Source: Lingula anatina
Lineage: Eukaryota > Animalia > Brachiopoda
DNA: 64,000 bases
Direction of reading: 5' to 3'
Assembly: GCA_051362555.1 (NCBI GenBank)
Contig: CM120641.1
Span: 22,320,001 to 22,384,000, forward strand
Notes under the pieces: generated by a model
The model's input: only the letters and a program-made list of their open reading frames with translations
Database searches by the model: none
Told to the model about the DNA's origin: nothing
Part shown: one piece after another, positions 51,841 to 64,000 of the stretch
How positions within the stretch are numbered: the first letter of the stretch is position 1
Layout: every line of letters begins with the position of its first letter
Position numbers and translations under genes: made by a program

Positions 51841-54351
51841 ACCAACTTCAAGAAAAAGAGTTCAACCAGGCTGGTTTTCTGCATTTGCTATCCTGCTTTC
51901 AAAAATTCCAAATGAATTAGAAATCTCTCACATCTCTTGCTATAATACTCATAGTCACATCACTGATGTAAATGCCTTTTAGAAATATATGTCACCTACA
52001 TCAAAGGTGATAAGTTTCATTGTTTTGTCAAGTTGATTCTTTGAAAGAAAAAGGAAATCATTTATACTGCAGAAATATAGATATAACCCATAGCCAAAGG
52101 TGCCTGGACATATAACTGCCTCTTTTTTTATGTCATTTTCCCCTTGTCTCTGAATCTTTCATAATACAGATTTTTTTTCTCTGAAAAGATACCCCAAAGG
52201 GATAAATACACATAAAACACTGTCAAAATATGACTTAAATGCTCTAAAAAAGAGGAAGAAATTCAAATGATGTACAATTTATTAGGCATGGAAGTAAGTC
52301 ACACTGGTTGACCTTTCCTTACAATCCAATTTTTTTTTGCAGGTTTTCTCAACTAACAGGATACTTTTTCAATCAGTGATTATGACCTTTAATAAGTTTC
52401 AGTCTTTTACTAGATGTGAAAATGGTTAAAAAAAAAGTATTTATGTATGAGAAATTTGCTAAAAATATAAGGGAACAGTTAAAGCACAGAAGACCCAAAG
52501 GTTATGACCATCACCAGGTCTATATGGTAGCTTCAAATAGTATTATTTCTATGCAATTATTGAAAGAGAAAAAAAAATTCAACATCATGCCTGATTTGTA
52601 AGACCCACAAAATGTAACACCCTTTTTTTTCTTTTTTTTTTTTTTTTGTAAAATCAACACATATTTCACTGAATCAAAAGTTATATTTTACCCAAAATGG
52701 TTTGCAGAATATCATCAAAGCATGGTGCACACTAGAAGAAAAGGTGAGCACTTCCAAAATGTATGTCCACAAAATTGTATCTGTAACACCATGAAGTTTT
52801 GTTATTCTCAGGAGCCATTTAGGCATCTATTAGAGATTTTAACACCGATTAGAACATATTTTAATTATTTAAAAATGTTTACAGCAAATTTTGTTTGTGC
52901 CAACTTGGTGTTTGACTTTTTGGTTCCAAAAATTTTATCAATTTTATTTTCCAAGCTTCCAAGTAAATGCTGAATGGTTGTAGTTTGTGTCGATGAAACA
53001 ACCGTTTTTGAAGTCCACAGGCACTAAGCACACATGCCTGACAATAAAATATGAAGTTTTTTTTTAAGTATGAGAAACACTAGTTAACAATTTTTCTCAC
53101 ATCCTTGACGTAGATTATATTTTATTGTATTAGTGTATTTTCTGTGAAATATGGTACCTCTGGTCAGCATACCCCCATCGTTTCCTGTTCCTATTAAGAA
53201 GAGTACTAGTACTCTTGTACAATTTTTTCCTCACACTGGGCTTTGTTTCTTGGATTTTGCTTTTATATACATGTATGACACTGCATATTCTCAGGAAAAG
53301 TCAACCATTAGCTATTGGGGGTGGGTCATCTATTTTTGCTCTTGCAAATAGGTTGGGTTATGGATTAAGGTGGCAAATAAGTAAGTGTGAGCAACATAGA
53401 AAGTAACTAGCAGTTATATGACCCCCCTCCCCCTTGTACTATATTAGCAGTCCCAAAGACAGAAAATGTGACACAAAAACCAAGAAATCTACAAGTAAAT
53501 CAATTTTTTTTAAATTACCTGTGTCTGCATAACAAAAAACTCAAATCAGAAATGTCACCTTCCTGTAATATGGATAAAATTGTGCAATGATTTAATTTCC
53601 AGCTCTCCTTAAAGGAAACGAAATAAACACTCTTTGCAGGCAATTTTATTTCACTTCTATATGGAAACTTTCTATATGGGATTTTGGGAAGGTCATAACA
53701 GATTTAAGGATATTTAAATATAATAAATCTGACTGATCTAGATGACATTTCTTAAAGGTATCCCTCCTGTGTTTGAAAATGTCCAAGTCGTATTTTGATC
53801 CCATAAAGCTTCTTGTCCTTGCTAAATTCAGAACTAAAAAATTGATAAAACTCTCAATTAAACATTTATACGAAATATAATATGTTGGTACCTTGCAAAT
53901 CCAAACCATGACATCTTGTGACTTGGCACTAGAAACAAAATAGTCTATTTTATACATGATATAAAACAACCAGTTAGGCTGTTGTGAAATTTAACATTAA
54001 AACAACCACAAAAGAAAACCAATAACGAACTTCTGATTGTGAGAGGTAGGTAGGTCAAATAATGCCACACATTTTTTGTCTCCAAGAAGTAGCCTTCTGC
54101 ATAGCAAGGTGTACAAATGAAGTTGCATGGCCAACGTCACTATTCCAGAGTTTGTTTCCAGGTGGTAAACTGAGGTATTTCTCACATTTAGAAGTATGTT
54201 TGTTGTTGTCATTATCCCTCAAAAGTATGTGTTCAATTTCACAGCAGCCTAACTGGTAGACAAGCAGATGGACCTTACCTTACTCATGGCTCTGTCGAAA
54301 GGAAAACCGGTTGACTTAAGAGAGTGAGTTGAGGAGATGAGAGGTAAGAAA

Positions 54352-54576
54352 GGCCCCCATTCCCATAGTCACGGAATTCCGGAATTATAAGCTACCCGGA
54401 AACACTGGTCGTATTCAAAACAAAGTGAAAGGGCTCCCAGGAGCTGAGCACACACGAAAATTAACTACATCTTAGCTGCTCAAGTAGGCATCATACCATT
54501 TAGCTGACTGCACAGTGAGAGTCCCAGGTTTTGTCAATCATGTATAAACCAATATGGTGTCTATGGGAATAGGGTC
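54352..54576. mobile_element. PIF/Harbinger-like MITE (~225 bp), same terminal family
   Basis: GGCCCCCATTCCCATAGTCAC ... GTGTCTATGGGAATAGGGTC termini. Confidence 0.75.
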
Positions 54577-57400
54577 AGCAAGATTTGAGAGCTCCCCCGT
54601 GGTGGATACGCAAGCTGGTCATAATTTTACACTTTTGGGGCTGCTTGCTTCCATGCCTGACCACAGAAAGTACATATCAGAAACTAAAATTGGAGACCCA
54701 ATGTATGAATTTTGTGCTACAATATATATATGTCTCCACCCCTCCCCACCCCCACCCCCCAAATTTAATACAAGTTTGTCTTGGATTTAAGATGTTTTCC
54801 CCTTAAATTCTGTTATCATGTGGTGACATTTATCACATAACTGAGTTTTAGCAAAACAATCAATACCTAAGACTTGTTATTTTGGGCGACAAACTGCATT
54901 TATGTACAAATAGCTGCCACCATTACTGTATGTTGGCAGTCACGTTAATATTATTATGCAACGGTGCCAGCACATACTCAACATTAGGCCTACCGCAAAA
55001 AAACTTTTACAAAAACCATCTATGCTCATATCTATAAACAACAACAACATACACTGTATGTATTACCTACTTTTCCATGCGTCGTAAAAACAAGGTATTA
55101 ATATCAGCACCGTGTACTGACATGTCAAGCGATTTACTTGTGTTGTCTTCTTATTCAGTTCAAAGGAAGTAAAGTATATAGCCTCTCACCTCAATAACAT
55201 TCCTAAAATGAAGCGTGTGGTAAGTTTTCCCTAGAGTATTAGAGATTTATGTCTTTCCTTTGTGTTTTCTAAAGTTCTCTATATTTATCCATTGCGTTCT
55301 GATATCCAAATTAATATACTATTGGGTTTCGAGGCTAAATAGGTCAAGGACGTTTCTGCACCGCAACGCTGCTCACTCATTCTTGAAAACAATCATACAG
55401 GCATGTAATTTGAAGAAAACAGGAAACTGGAAAATGAGGATTAAGATATATTTGCGAATTCTCCTTTTTATAAATCTCGGGTAACAGAAAGTGATAAATG
55501 TAGGCTAGCTTTCTTGTTTAAATCATACAGCACTTGTTGTTTTACTTGTAGTCACGGAAGTTTTAATTTACAACCCTTTTTATATTTGCACGTTATTAAT
55601 ACTCGGTACTAACAAAATGAGACTGCTAATATAAAAGGGTATAACGAGCTGAACGTTTATTTTACTGAGAAGTTTTGTCCTCAACCTCAACTAAATATTT
55701 TTCAAAATGCGTGTAAAATATTTAACTTTGCATTTTATAGGGCGAATGTACGGTGCCATTTGGTAGGCCTACGGTTTAGAACTATGATTCAGCTAGTAAA
55801 AAAAATAATAATAATAAGTTCGAGAGTGGACAATTGCTATGTTTTTTTTTTCAGAAATTGCCACTGATTAAAGACTGTATTAATGGTTAAAATGTTGCAA
55901 AAAAGTATTTTAAAAAATTAACAAATAAAATAAAACAGCAAACAACTAAAAATGATGACCTGCATCAAAAGACGTAACGAATGTTTTGTTTTTTGTTCTT
56001 TTTCATATTTTTAAAAACCTGGGGACAACGCGAAAGTAGACGCAAGCTATTTATTGAATAATTTAAAATAAACATTTTAGACTTTTCCTGAGCCGTAAGG
56101 CACTATATACTCGCTTTCTGAGAAGTTGCAGATTTTACAACTCGAAATAAACTAGAACGATTGGAGAATGTGAGATGGTGCTGCAAGTGACAAGTTGTCT
56201 AAATTGTGTCTTCAAATGAGCTGTCAAATATGGCTACTACTAAATGATGGGAATTTTATAATTATAACTGATAATTGATATTATTTAGTTATACTTTACT
56301 GATATAATATATTCTAACCTATACAAAACATCTAGCATAGCATTAATATTTCTTTCTGTATTTTTCATTTCTGTACTCAAAAAAATTGACTTCATTATGA
56401 AAAATAATAATTAATACATTCCACTTCATTGCGAGCATCTTGCACGCTCCTTAACCAGCAACAGGACGCTACAATCGCAATCTCACCTGACACATTAAAC
56501 ACTGCAGAGCTCATCGAGGGGGGGGGGAGAGAGAGACTGTTGTCAATCATTTACCCAGGACAGAGAAGCTTCTTAATTACTACCTTCGCTCTACGCCTAT
56601 AATAATCTGACCTACATGTCAATTATAGGAATAAGAAACTTAAGATTTTTTTTTAGATGTTGGATTTATCCGCCAATCTATTTTAATGTTAACCTCAAAT
56701 CTGTTGTCTTTATCTAATGGCTAGGCCTACAATCCGAGCACAAAACACAAGCTTTACTGTCGATGTCAATTTTGAATTTCTAATGCATAAATCAAACTGA
56801 GCACACGTCGGTTCAAATTAAGTTTAAGCACTGCGTTTAAAAATAGTACATCAATTTAGAAATATAAAAAATCTGGTAAATTTATTAGGAATCAAATCAG
56901 TGGAACAAAAAGAGCATTGGCATTTGGATCAGATTCAAGAAATTACTTTTTGTTTCATCTGACAGTCAAGCTTTTTAAAACCGGCTCAACTTTTCCAACT
57001 AAACAGGTATGTCTTTTTATGTGGGTCAGAATTTGAATCCCCGGACCAAAAAACCAGCGCGGACCGCATCACAACAACATAACGCACACCGACTGAAGTG
57101 TGGTTAGCTCATAAAGACGGGCAGGGCCAAAATATATGAAGCTCTCGCATGCTGAACTCTGATCCGCGGATCGGTTTACATCCTTGCTCCCAAGCAGCCG
57201 TCCAATTTTAGCACGGAATCTAAGAAAATGTCTTTTCCAAGGTGTTGAGCGGGTCGAACTGGGGTGCTGCTGCCGGGTCGTCTGTACAGTGACGCTTTCA
57301 AGGACATCGGGACGTGCAAATAGTTGGGGATTGGGACCTTCAGTCGATACACGTTAAAGTAAAGCTGCAAACCACGTAATATTGAATACCTGATTGAACG

Positions 57401-57584
57401 ATGGGGAATTTAAAAAGCAAACATACTCGTTACGAGGTATCGACTCCGCCGAAGAGTGAGCTAGAGCGGCGGGGACGAGGGGAGGGCGTGAACCGGTCTC
57501 GTAGGGATGATTTCTACGCACGTAGGTCCGGCCTGAAACCCCACCCTGAGAGTGCAGTGTCTCCTGAAGACAGAAACTTACAAG
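57401..57584 (+). CDS. Transglutaminase probable first coding exon (N-myristoylation signal)
   Basis: MGNLKSK... then a phase-1 donor CAAG|gtaggg that joins in frame to the 63408 exon (..RNLQ-V-PPKGKR..); CpG-rich setting. Confidence 0.65.
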
Positions 57585-59239
57585 GTAGGGACAGTACGCT
57601 AAATGATATGTTTTGCGCTCTTGTGAATTTCGTTGCAAAAGATCTGTCCTACCAAATATATATAAATCTTTTTTTAACTTATATCTTACACCATATTGGT
57701 AATGATGTATCCAAATCCCTATTACTGCATTAAATAATTGTTTGAGAGGAAATCAGAACTTTTGTGAAAACTGGTGTCAGATGTCTCTATTTTAAACAAA
57801 CAAGTCATATTGTTTTGAATTATTTTCTTCTACTTTAATGTCAGCGGAAAACACATTGGTTAATAACAACTACCCATTACAGATAATAAGAAAGTGTTTA
57901 GTTACCTTTCCCACATAAATTTTAATAGGATGACTCAGAGAAGTAATTTGATAATGTAATGATGCCACATTTAACCCTCATCGGAATAATGTGTCCCCTA
58001 TCTCACTTTAAGTGCGCTCGACGGAGGACACATATTTAACCTTTAACAAATAAAAGAGAAAATGAAGTTAATTGAAAAGAAACAGAATGACCTTTCTGTT
58101 AGAGTCTGGATTAAGCTATTAAAAAAAACATCACAGATGTGAGTCGTTTAAGGACAAAATGGGAACATCTATCATAGGCCTGGCAGGAGCTCGCCAAGAA
58201 TTAACTTTTAAGGATTCCCTCCCCAAAAATAATCGTGACGACTGTAGCCTTGGCTACAGACATAAACAACTGGAAAGTTTGAACTTATGGAATGAAAGAG
58301 GCAGCAATCCACGTGACTAGGAATCGGACACGATGGAAAGTTCCAGCAAGGCCTTCAATTGTTGATAACAATTTGACTTCATTTTGTCCTTGAATAAGTT
58401 ATTCTGTTTATAGTGATATAACGAGTCACATGAGAACCCCACAGTCAAAACATGTGACAATTAAAGTTGTCACATGAAGAACCTTGAAGCTACTGTAGGC
58501 TGTGCAATTACTCAAATGCATTTAAATTCTATAATTATGTCAGTTGCATAAAAATCAGGCTAGTATGGCCACATTAAAGCCATTAAAAATCTGGCATAAA
58601 ATTTCAGCAGTGATACGTGTGTGTACTTAGTTTCTTTTCTATGTGCTATGATAAAAATAACATAACGTGGGATATAGACCAAATTTATTATAGGGCGAGC
58701 TATTGTCTTTATCGTCAAGGATTCAACCGGTCTCCTTCTTTTACCGGGTAAAGAATGATAAAACATAATATTCATTATCAATACGAGTATATTTCACCAT
58801 TCCTAAGGCCACATCTTCACTACAAATGCTTCTGTTTATTTTGACGGCGAATAATGATAATAGGCTTTAGCTAATTTTTCATTAGCATCCTCGCCAGGGC
58901 TACAGAGAGGTTTTTTAACACTAAATGTTCACATCTATTTCTCCGGCTAATTATGAGCAAATTTCTCTACTATCCAGCAAGGACCTTTGCACGAATAAAA
59001 TAAATAAATAAATGAATAAATAAATAAATGATGTCTAACCAAGCTACGCATTTCTGTACTATCCAGCGAGAATTTTTGTTCAAAATTTCAAAAATGACGT
59101 CATAACCGAGTTGGCCTCTCCTTGGGAGTATTTCATTGGCGGCCTTGAACCGGGTCCTGTCACAGGGTATCTTCATATTTTAAAACAAACTCGCTGCAAG
59201 CTAAATCTTTATTTTTTTATTTTTTTTATTATTATTATT

Positions 59240-59278
<39 letters not shown>

Positions 59279-62200
59279 TTTTTTGACAAAACGGGTATAT
59301 CATAGTCGGTAAAATTTGTAAGGCTAGGGTTGTTCGTTGCACGGTGCTAATAGGTCATAAAGCATTTATTCATATAACATATAAAACTACTTCCAGAGTT
59401 CAGAAGACTCTTTGAAGAATATCCTCTCAAACTGGACGTTCTCCAACTCCAAGCGAACTCTGCTAATGAGAGCGAACTTTGCACAAATACAGCGTGAACT
59501 TTTTCTTCTTTTCTTTTTCATGCGCCCGCCCGCTAAGCGTGAAACACTGCTTATGTAGCTATGGCAGTGATATATATGCGGGCTGGGGTAAGATTATCCG
59601 CTATATTTGAAGGGTCTGTGACTTGCTGCGTCTGCCTGTGATCTTTTTGAGAAATTGTTTGTTTATTTATAATTATTCAGTTTTCGTGAGCAGTAATAGT
59701 GTGAGCTTATCTGGTTAAAAAAAGTCAAGCTGTTTTCTTATACTGTTTTCCTATTACCCGACCCAGACGTACAAAAATAAATAAATAGATGAATAAAAAC
59801 ATGAGTAGACGTGATATACATCAGATACGATTGTCTGGAAAAACAAGGTTCAATGTATTTCTTAGAAATTATAATCCAATATTCTGGTGTGATTTCTTGA
59901 TACTGAAGAAAGTTAACGTTAAATGATTAAAATGAAGAGTCTAACGTCAGAGAAACTGGCTAAAATATACACACTCTCATAAAGATGTAGATGGGTAACA
60001 TATGAAGTCAAATCACATGGTAAATAACATATTGACTTAATACATCTCCTGGTTAAATCATCAGAATACAATACTCAATGTCACAGTGTACCTGGTCACC
60101 CCCCAGATCAAAGATCTGGGAGAAAGGTGGAGGAAGACGTGTTTGACAGCAAATATTGCCACTCGGTCAAAATGCAGACAGCAAACATAAACATGATAAA
60201 TAGGGGTACTTTTGTATGTAGAGTTTTTTCCCAAAAAATTATAGCTTTAAGTAAATGTCATTCCCTAGGTCGTAAAGCTATGGAAATTGTATTTGAAAAA
60301 GAGTTCTTTGGTGCAGTTAAAAATACCTTCAGTGTATCAGGTTGAAATTAATCATGTCAACCAAAAGAAGCGCAGCCCACCTTGTGTGATCACCAGGTGT
60401 GAAAACGAACAAGAAAGTCGCGGACACAACATTTTAAACACGCACTTTCAAAGTTTAATATATTGTTTCTTTAAACGCCTGCGTCCCCCACACATACCCT
60501 ACTGATGAATCACAAACCAGTTTGTATCGCTAGGAGCAAAGTTTCTTTATAATCCAATGTTTTGTGAACTTGAAACCGAGTTCCTGTTTTAAGTTTGACT
60601 TTTGAATAATAATGCAATTCGAAGTGAATATATTATGTCAGAAGGAAAAAGTAATCTTTACAGTGTTTCATGCCTTTAATGTATTTCATTTCAAGACTGG
60701 CGACTCTGCTCATAAAGACCTGTTCTACGTACATGCTAGGACATACGAAACGGTTTCGTGCGTCCTAGATACATGTTTGGCGATATCTCTTTCGGTTAAC
60801 AGGTGCCATCCTGACATATAAGTGATAAACATCAGATCCATGCACAATGAGAATTATAATGTTTATGATATTCGTGGTTCTTGTATGATGAATCAGGATT
60901 AAAACCCCAACGATTAAAAGACATAAGCTGCCGGTAAAAGTCAGGATTCTTGTACGGGATAAGGGCACTCTTTTGGGTTTTTTTCTTTTGTCGACGAGCA
61001 CATGCGACATCTGTCCGGTCACTATCAGAATCCCACAGCTGTTTGACAGCACGACAAATGATACTATCTAGGTATGCGGTCGATAAAAGTTCTTTGTTTA
61101 GTCATTGGGCTTGACTGTTACATATTGTGCTATAAATATATTTAATGTATATAAGTGTTTCTGCAGAGACGAGTTAAGCAAGAATTTTAATGTTCTTTAC
61201 CGCCTCCGCATACGCTGACCTTCGCGGCTTTAGATGATAGGATTTAGCTTTCATTTACATTTATAAAAAGAATGATGAAAGTATAAGAAAGTCCTTTGTT
61301 TAAGACTGAAATGCACCCTGTTTCAGATCTTTGTTTAAGATATCACCCTACACCTGTTTCTTGGACTGATTCTGTAACAAAGAATGAGTGGAACGAACTT
61401 CAGGAATACAGTCGAGATGCTCTCTGCGGCCCCTAACATGAACTTGACTTAATGTGTGGTCATACTATGTGGAAAACACAAGCAGGCAGCCACCGTTACT
61501 CTATAAATTGTATAGCAGAATGTTCCACGTGCCAGGCAAACAACATTATGGAGAATTAATTACAACACACAAGGTCCATTACTAGAAAATAATGTCCAAG
61601 GATGTTTAGTGCCCTTCCAAAACAGCACATGCCACAGAAAATTGGATAATTTGGCTTTTTTTTTTTTTTTTTTTTTTTTTTTTGCAATTTTCAACGAATT
61701 GTGTATTCATAGGGCCGTGGGTTTACTTTCACATTGTCTGAAGAGATTTTGAGTAAAGGCAAAAAGAGTCTATTACAATTTCAAATAACAATAATTATAA
61801 GGATACATTTATTAGATATAGTTTAATCCAAAAAAAAAAAAAAAAAAAAAAAAAAAAGAAAAAAAAGAAAAAAAAAAAGTCAACCAAGACAAAAAAGACA
61901 AAAATATCTCTGCCATAGCCAGTCGTAATCCAGCATTATAAAACACCGGCCCCGATTTAACGTCTGTGGTTCCGAGTCTGGCTCAGTCTTGCTCTGCTTT
62001 TTATCCTGGCCTACCTGTGTTTTTATCTCTAAGTATCAGTTTTGCAGTACCTGTTTTGGTGTAGTTGTGCGGTAAAGATAGTCTTTTCCACTAAACTTAT
62101 GTTTTGTTCGTAGTTCATTACACCTAAATACCATCAGTGAGGCCAGAATAGGGGGCTCTTTCTTTACACACGGATATATCTTCACACTGAAAAGGCAACT

Positions 62201-63407
62201 TTTCATATACTGCAATCAAATCCCCAAAATGACAGATAAAAGTAATTCCTTGCGTGTTTTATTATTCTCGAGCATGACTTGAAATCTAATCACGTAAGCT
62301 GCAAAGACATATAATTACAGTATGGATATGACACCTCTTACAGAAGTTCACTTCTCTCGCTCACCCGCTTTTGCTCACGAACACCCATAGCCCTGCGTTA
62401 TCTTGAAGTTTTATAGATACTATTTGTTAAGGCTAAGGTAACAATTACCGAAGCCAAGTAGTTCGTAGATGAACTATTCTTATTAAAGGAGTGAGCAAGT
62501 TGCACCAGCTTCAGAAATTGGGCCTTGGATAGAGGGGCTGCATTAAATCCAGGTAATAAGCAAGATACCTGCGGCAGCCACTTCAATGTGACAACAAGAA
62601 CATTTATGATGAAAGATATGTCTGTTCTGAGAACTCTTCATTCACCACAAGTACAATACTGGGAAAGAAAAAGTATCTCAACCAGCTGGTATAAGGTGTA
62701 TGTAAATGTATAAAACGGTACAACCTTCAACGAGCCTCGCATAGTGAAGCTCAGGCGTGGTGCTTGTCTTTCTTAATTGCTCCACCTCGTCTAATGTCCT
62801 GCTGTATGTAGACACCAGAACGTGATGGCATGAAGTAACAAGTACCAGCAACTTAGCATTCACTCAGCTTTGGTATCTGACTCTAGTGCTCTTACCTCTA
62901 AATTACATATATCTTTCATCATTACTATGAGTTGGCCATAATTACACACGCGCCGCCTTTAGACGTACCTGTATGCCTGGCTGGGTGTTTAATATGATTT
63001 GCCCCCACGTGGACAAAGTCTGAAGCCCGGGATATTCAAAGAGGGCTACAAAATTCCGCCCTCATCAGAATGAATACTCCCAGAATACCAGAGAATGGAA
63101 AAGTAGAATGACAACAGGATTCAGTGGAATCGGCCTAAATGCATCCAAAAGTATATTAGTAGCTCGCTAGCCAATGCTTTTGTCTTTCTTATTCATATTC
63201 GTACATATTGCCACCGACCAATTACGATTAACAAACACACCTGAATGATTTTCCAGTATTTAGAGACACGACTTTTCACCCTCTAATGAAGCAACAGAAA
63301 CTGCTGCACATCTCAATATAAGCAGGGTGACTACTTTTTTCCAAATCAAACTCATTCTGTACATTTTATATGTAATGATTCAGAACCAATTATACACTCT
63401 ATTCCAG

Positions 63408-63641
63408 TTCCACCAAAGGGAAAGCGTATTCTTCATGTAAAAGATGTGGATTTGTGCATCAAGCAGAACACCTACGACCATATCACGGACAAGTACGAGC
63501 TGACAGAGGAGCGGGAAGAGGATGGGAAGAAGATCAAGCCAAATCTAGTCATCCGACGTGGAAAGCCTTTCGACATCGTGGTTAAATTTGATCGAGCTTT
63601 CGAAAAAGAAAAAGATGACTTGAAAATTATACTTGAAGTGG
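63408..63641 (+). CDS. Transglutaminase (protein-glutamine gamma-glutamyltransferase) N-terminal beta-sandwich exon
   Basis: ttccag acceptor, gtgagt donor; LHVKDVDLCIKQNTYDHITDKYE...NLVIRRGKPFDIVVKFDRAF..DDLKIILEVG matches the Transglut_N motifs N..HHT..Y and LVVRRGQ.F. Confidence 0.92.
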
Positions 63642-63934
63642 GTGAGTACTAAGAACGCAATCGATGGACATGCATTCATTTAAAATGCAATTGCATTATT
63701 TGAAAAAGACAAAACGACAGCTTTACATTTATCAAAATATAAGAGCTAAGACATTACACGCGTTCATGTTTACATAACTTGTGCTAATTTGAAGAATAGT
63801 TTCCAGTGATTGATAACATGCTCCATTTTTACTCTAAAGATATTTCAGATGTCACAATCTACAATTTTAAAATAGGAAAATATAACAAATACTTTCTTAT
63901 TATGTCAAGTGCACCATCTCTCTCCGCTTATCAG

Positions 63935-64000
63935 GTCCCAGACCGCTTCCAAGCCGAGGGACATCAGTGGTGATCGTCCTTTCTGACGAGGACAAGCCGA
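63935..64000 (+). CDS. Transglutaminase next exon (truncated by window end)
   Basis: tcag acceptor; (G)PRPLPSRGTSVVIVLSDEDKP matches the TGase G..P....GT motif. Confidence 0.88.

Noticed and set aside
1-64000. tRNA, rRNA, ribozymes or autonomous transposase/RT ORFs
   Set aside because: None recognisable by eye; tRNAscan-SE, Infernal/Rfam and RepeatMasker runs are needed to exclude them.

Overview
AT-rich, intron-containing animal (invertebrate, probably lophotrochozoan) DNA, not prokaryotic; most short ORFs in the track are spurious. The centre holds two complete head-to-tail minus-strand paralogous nuclear receptor genes, each with two tandem C4 zinc-finger DNA-binding domains (2DBD-NR family; P-boxes CEACKK then CEGCKG), a hinge and an LBD with AF-2. 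Gene A has 9 coding exons (38870->20298, 845 aa). Gene B has 10 coding exons (50146->43787, 934 aa). All junctions were assembled by hand with GT-AG introns and consistent phases, and eight intron positions are shared. A transglutaminase gene with a probable N-myristoylated N-terminus starts divergently at 57401 and runs off the right edge. Non-coding DNA includes a ~1.8 kb Helentron/DINE-1-like element with internal tandem arrays, a family of PIF/Harbinger-like MITEs, a 61-bp minisatellite rich in RGGTCA half-sites in a gene A intron, a perfect 62-bp palindrome downstream of gene B, and microsatellites. The first ~15 kb has no confidently identifiable coding gene.
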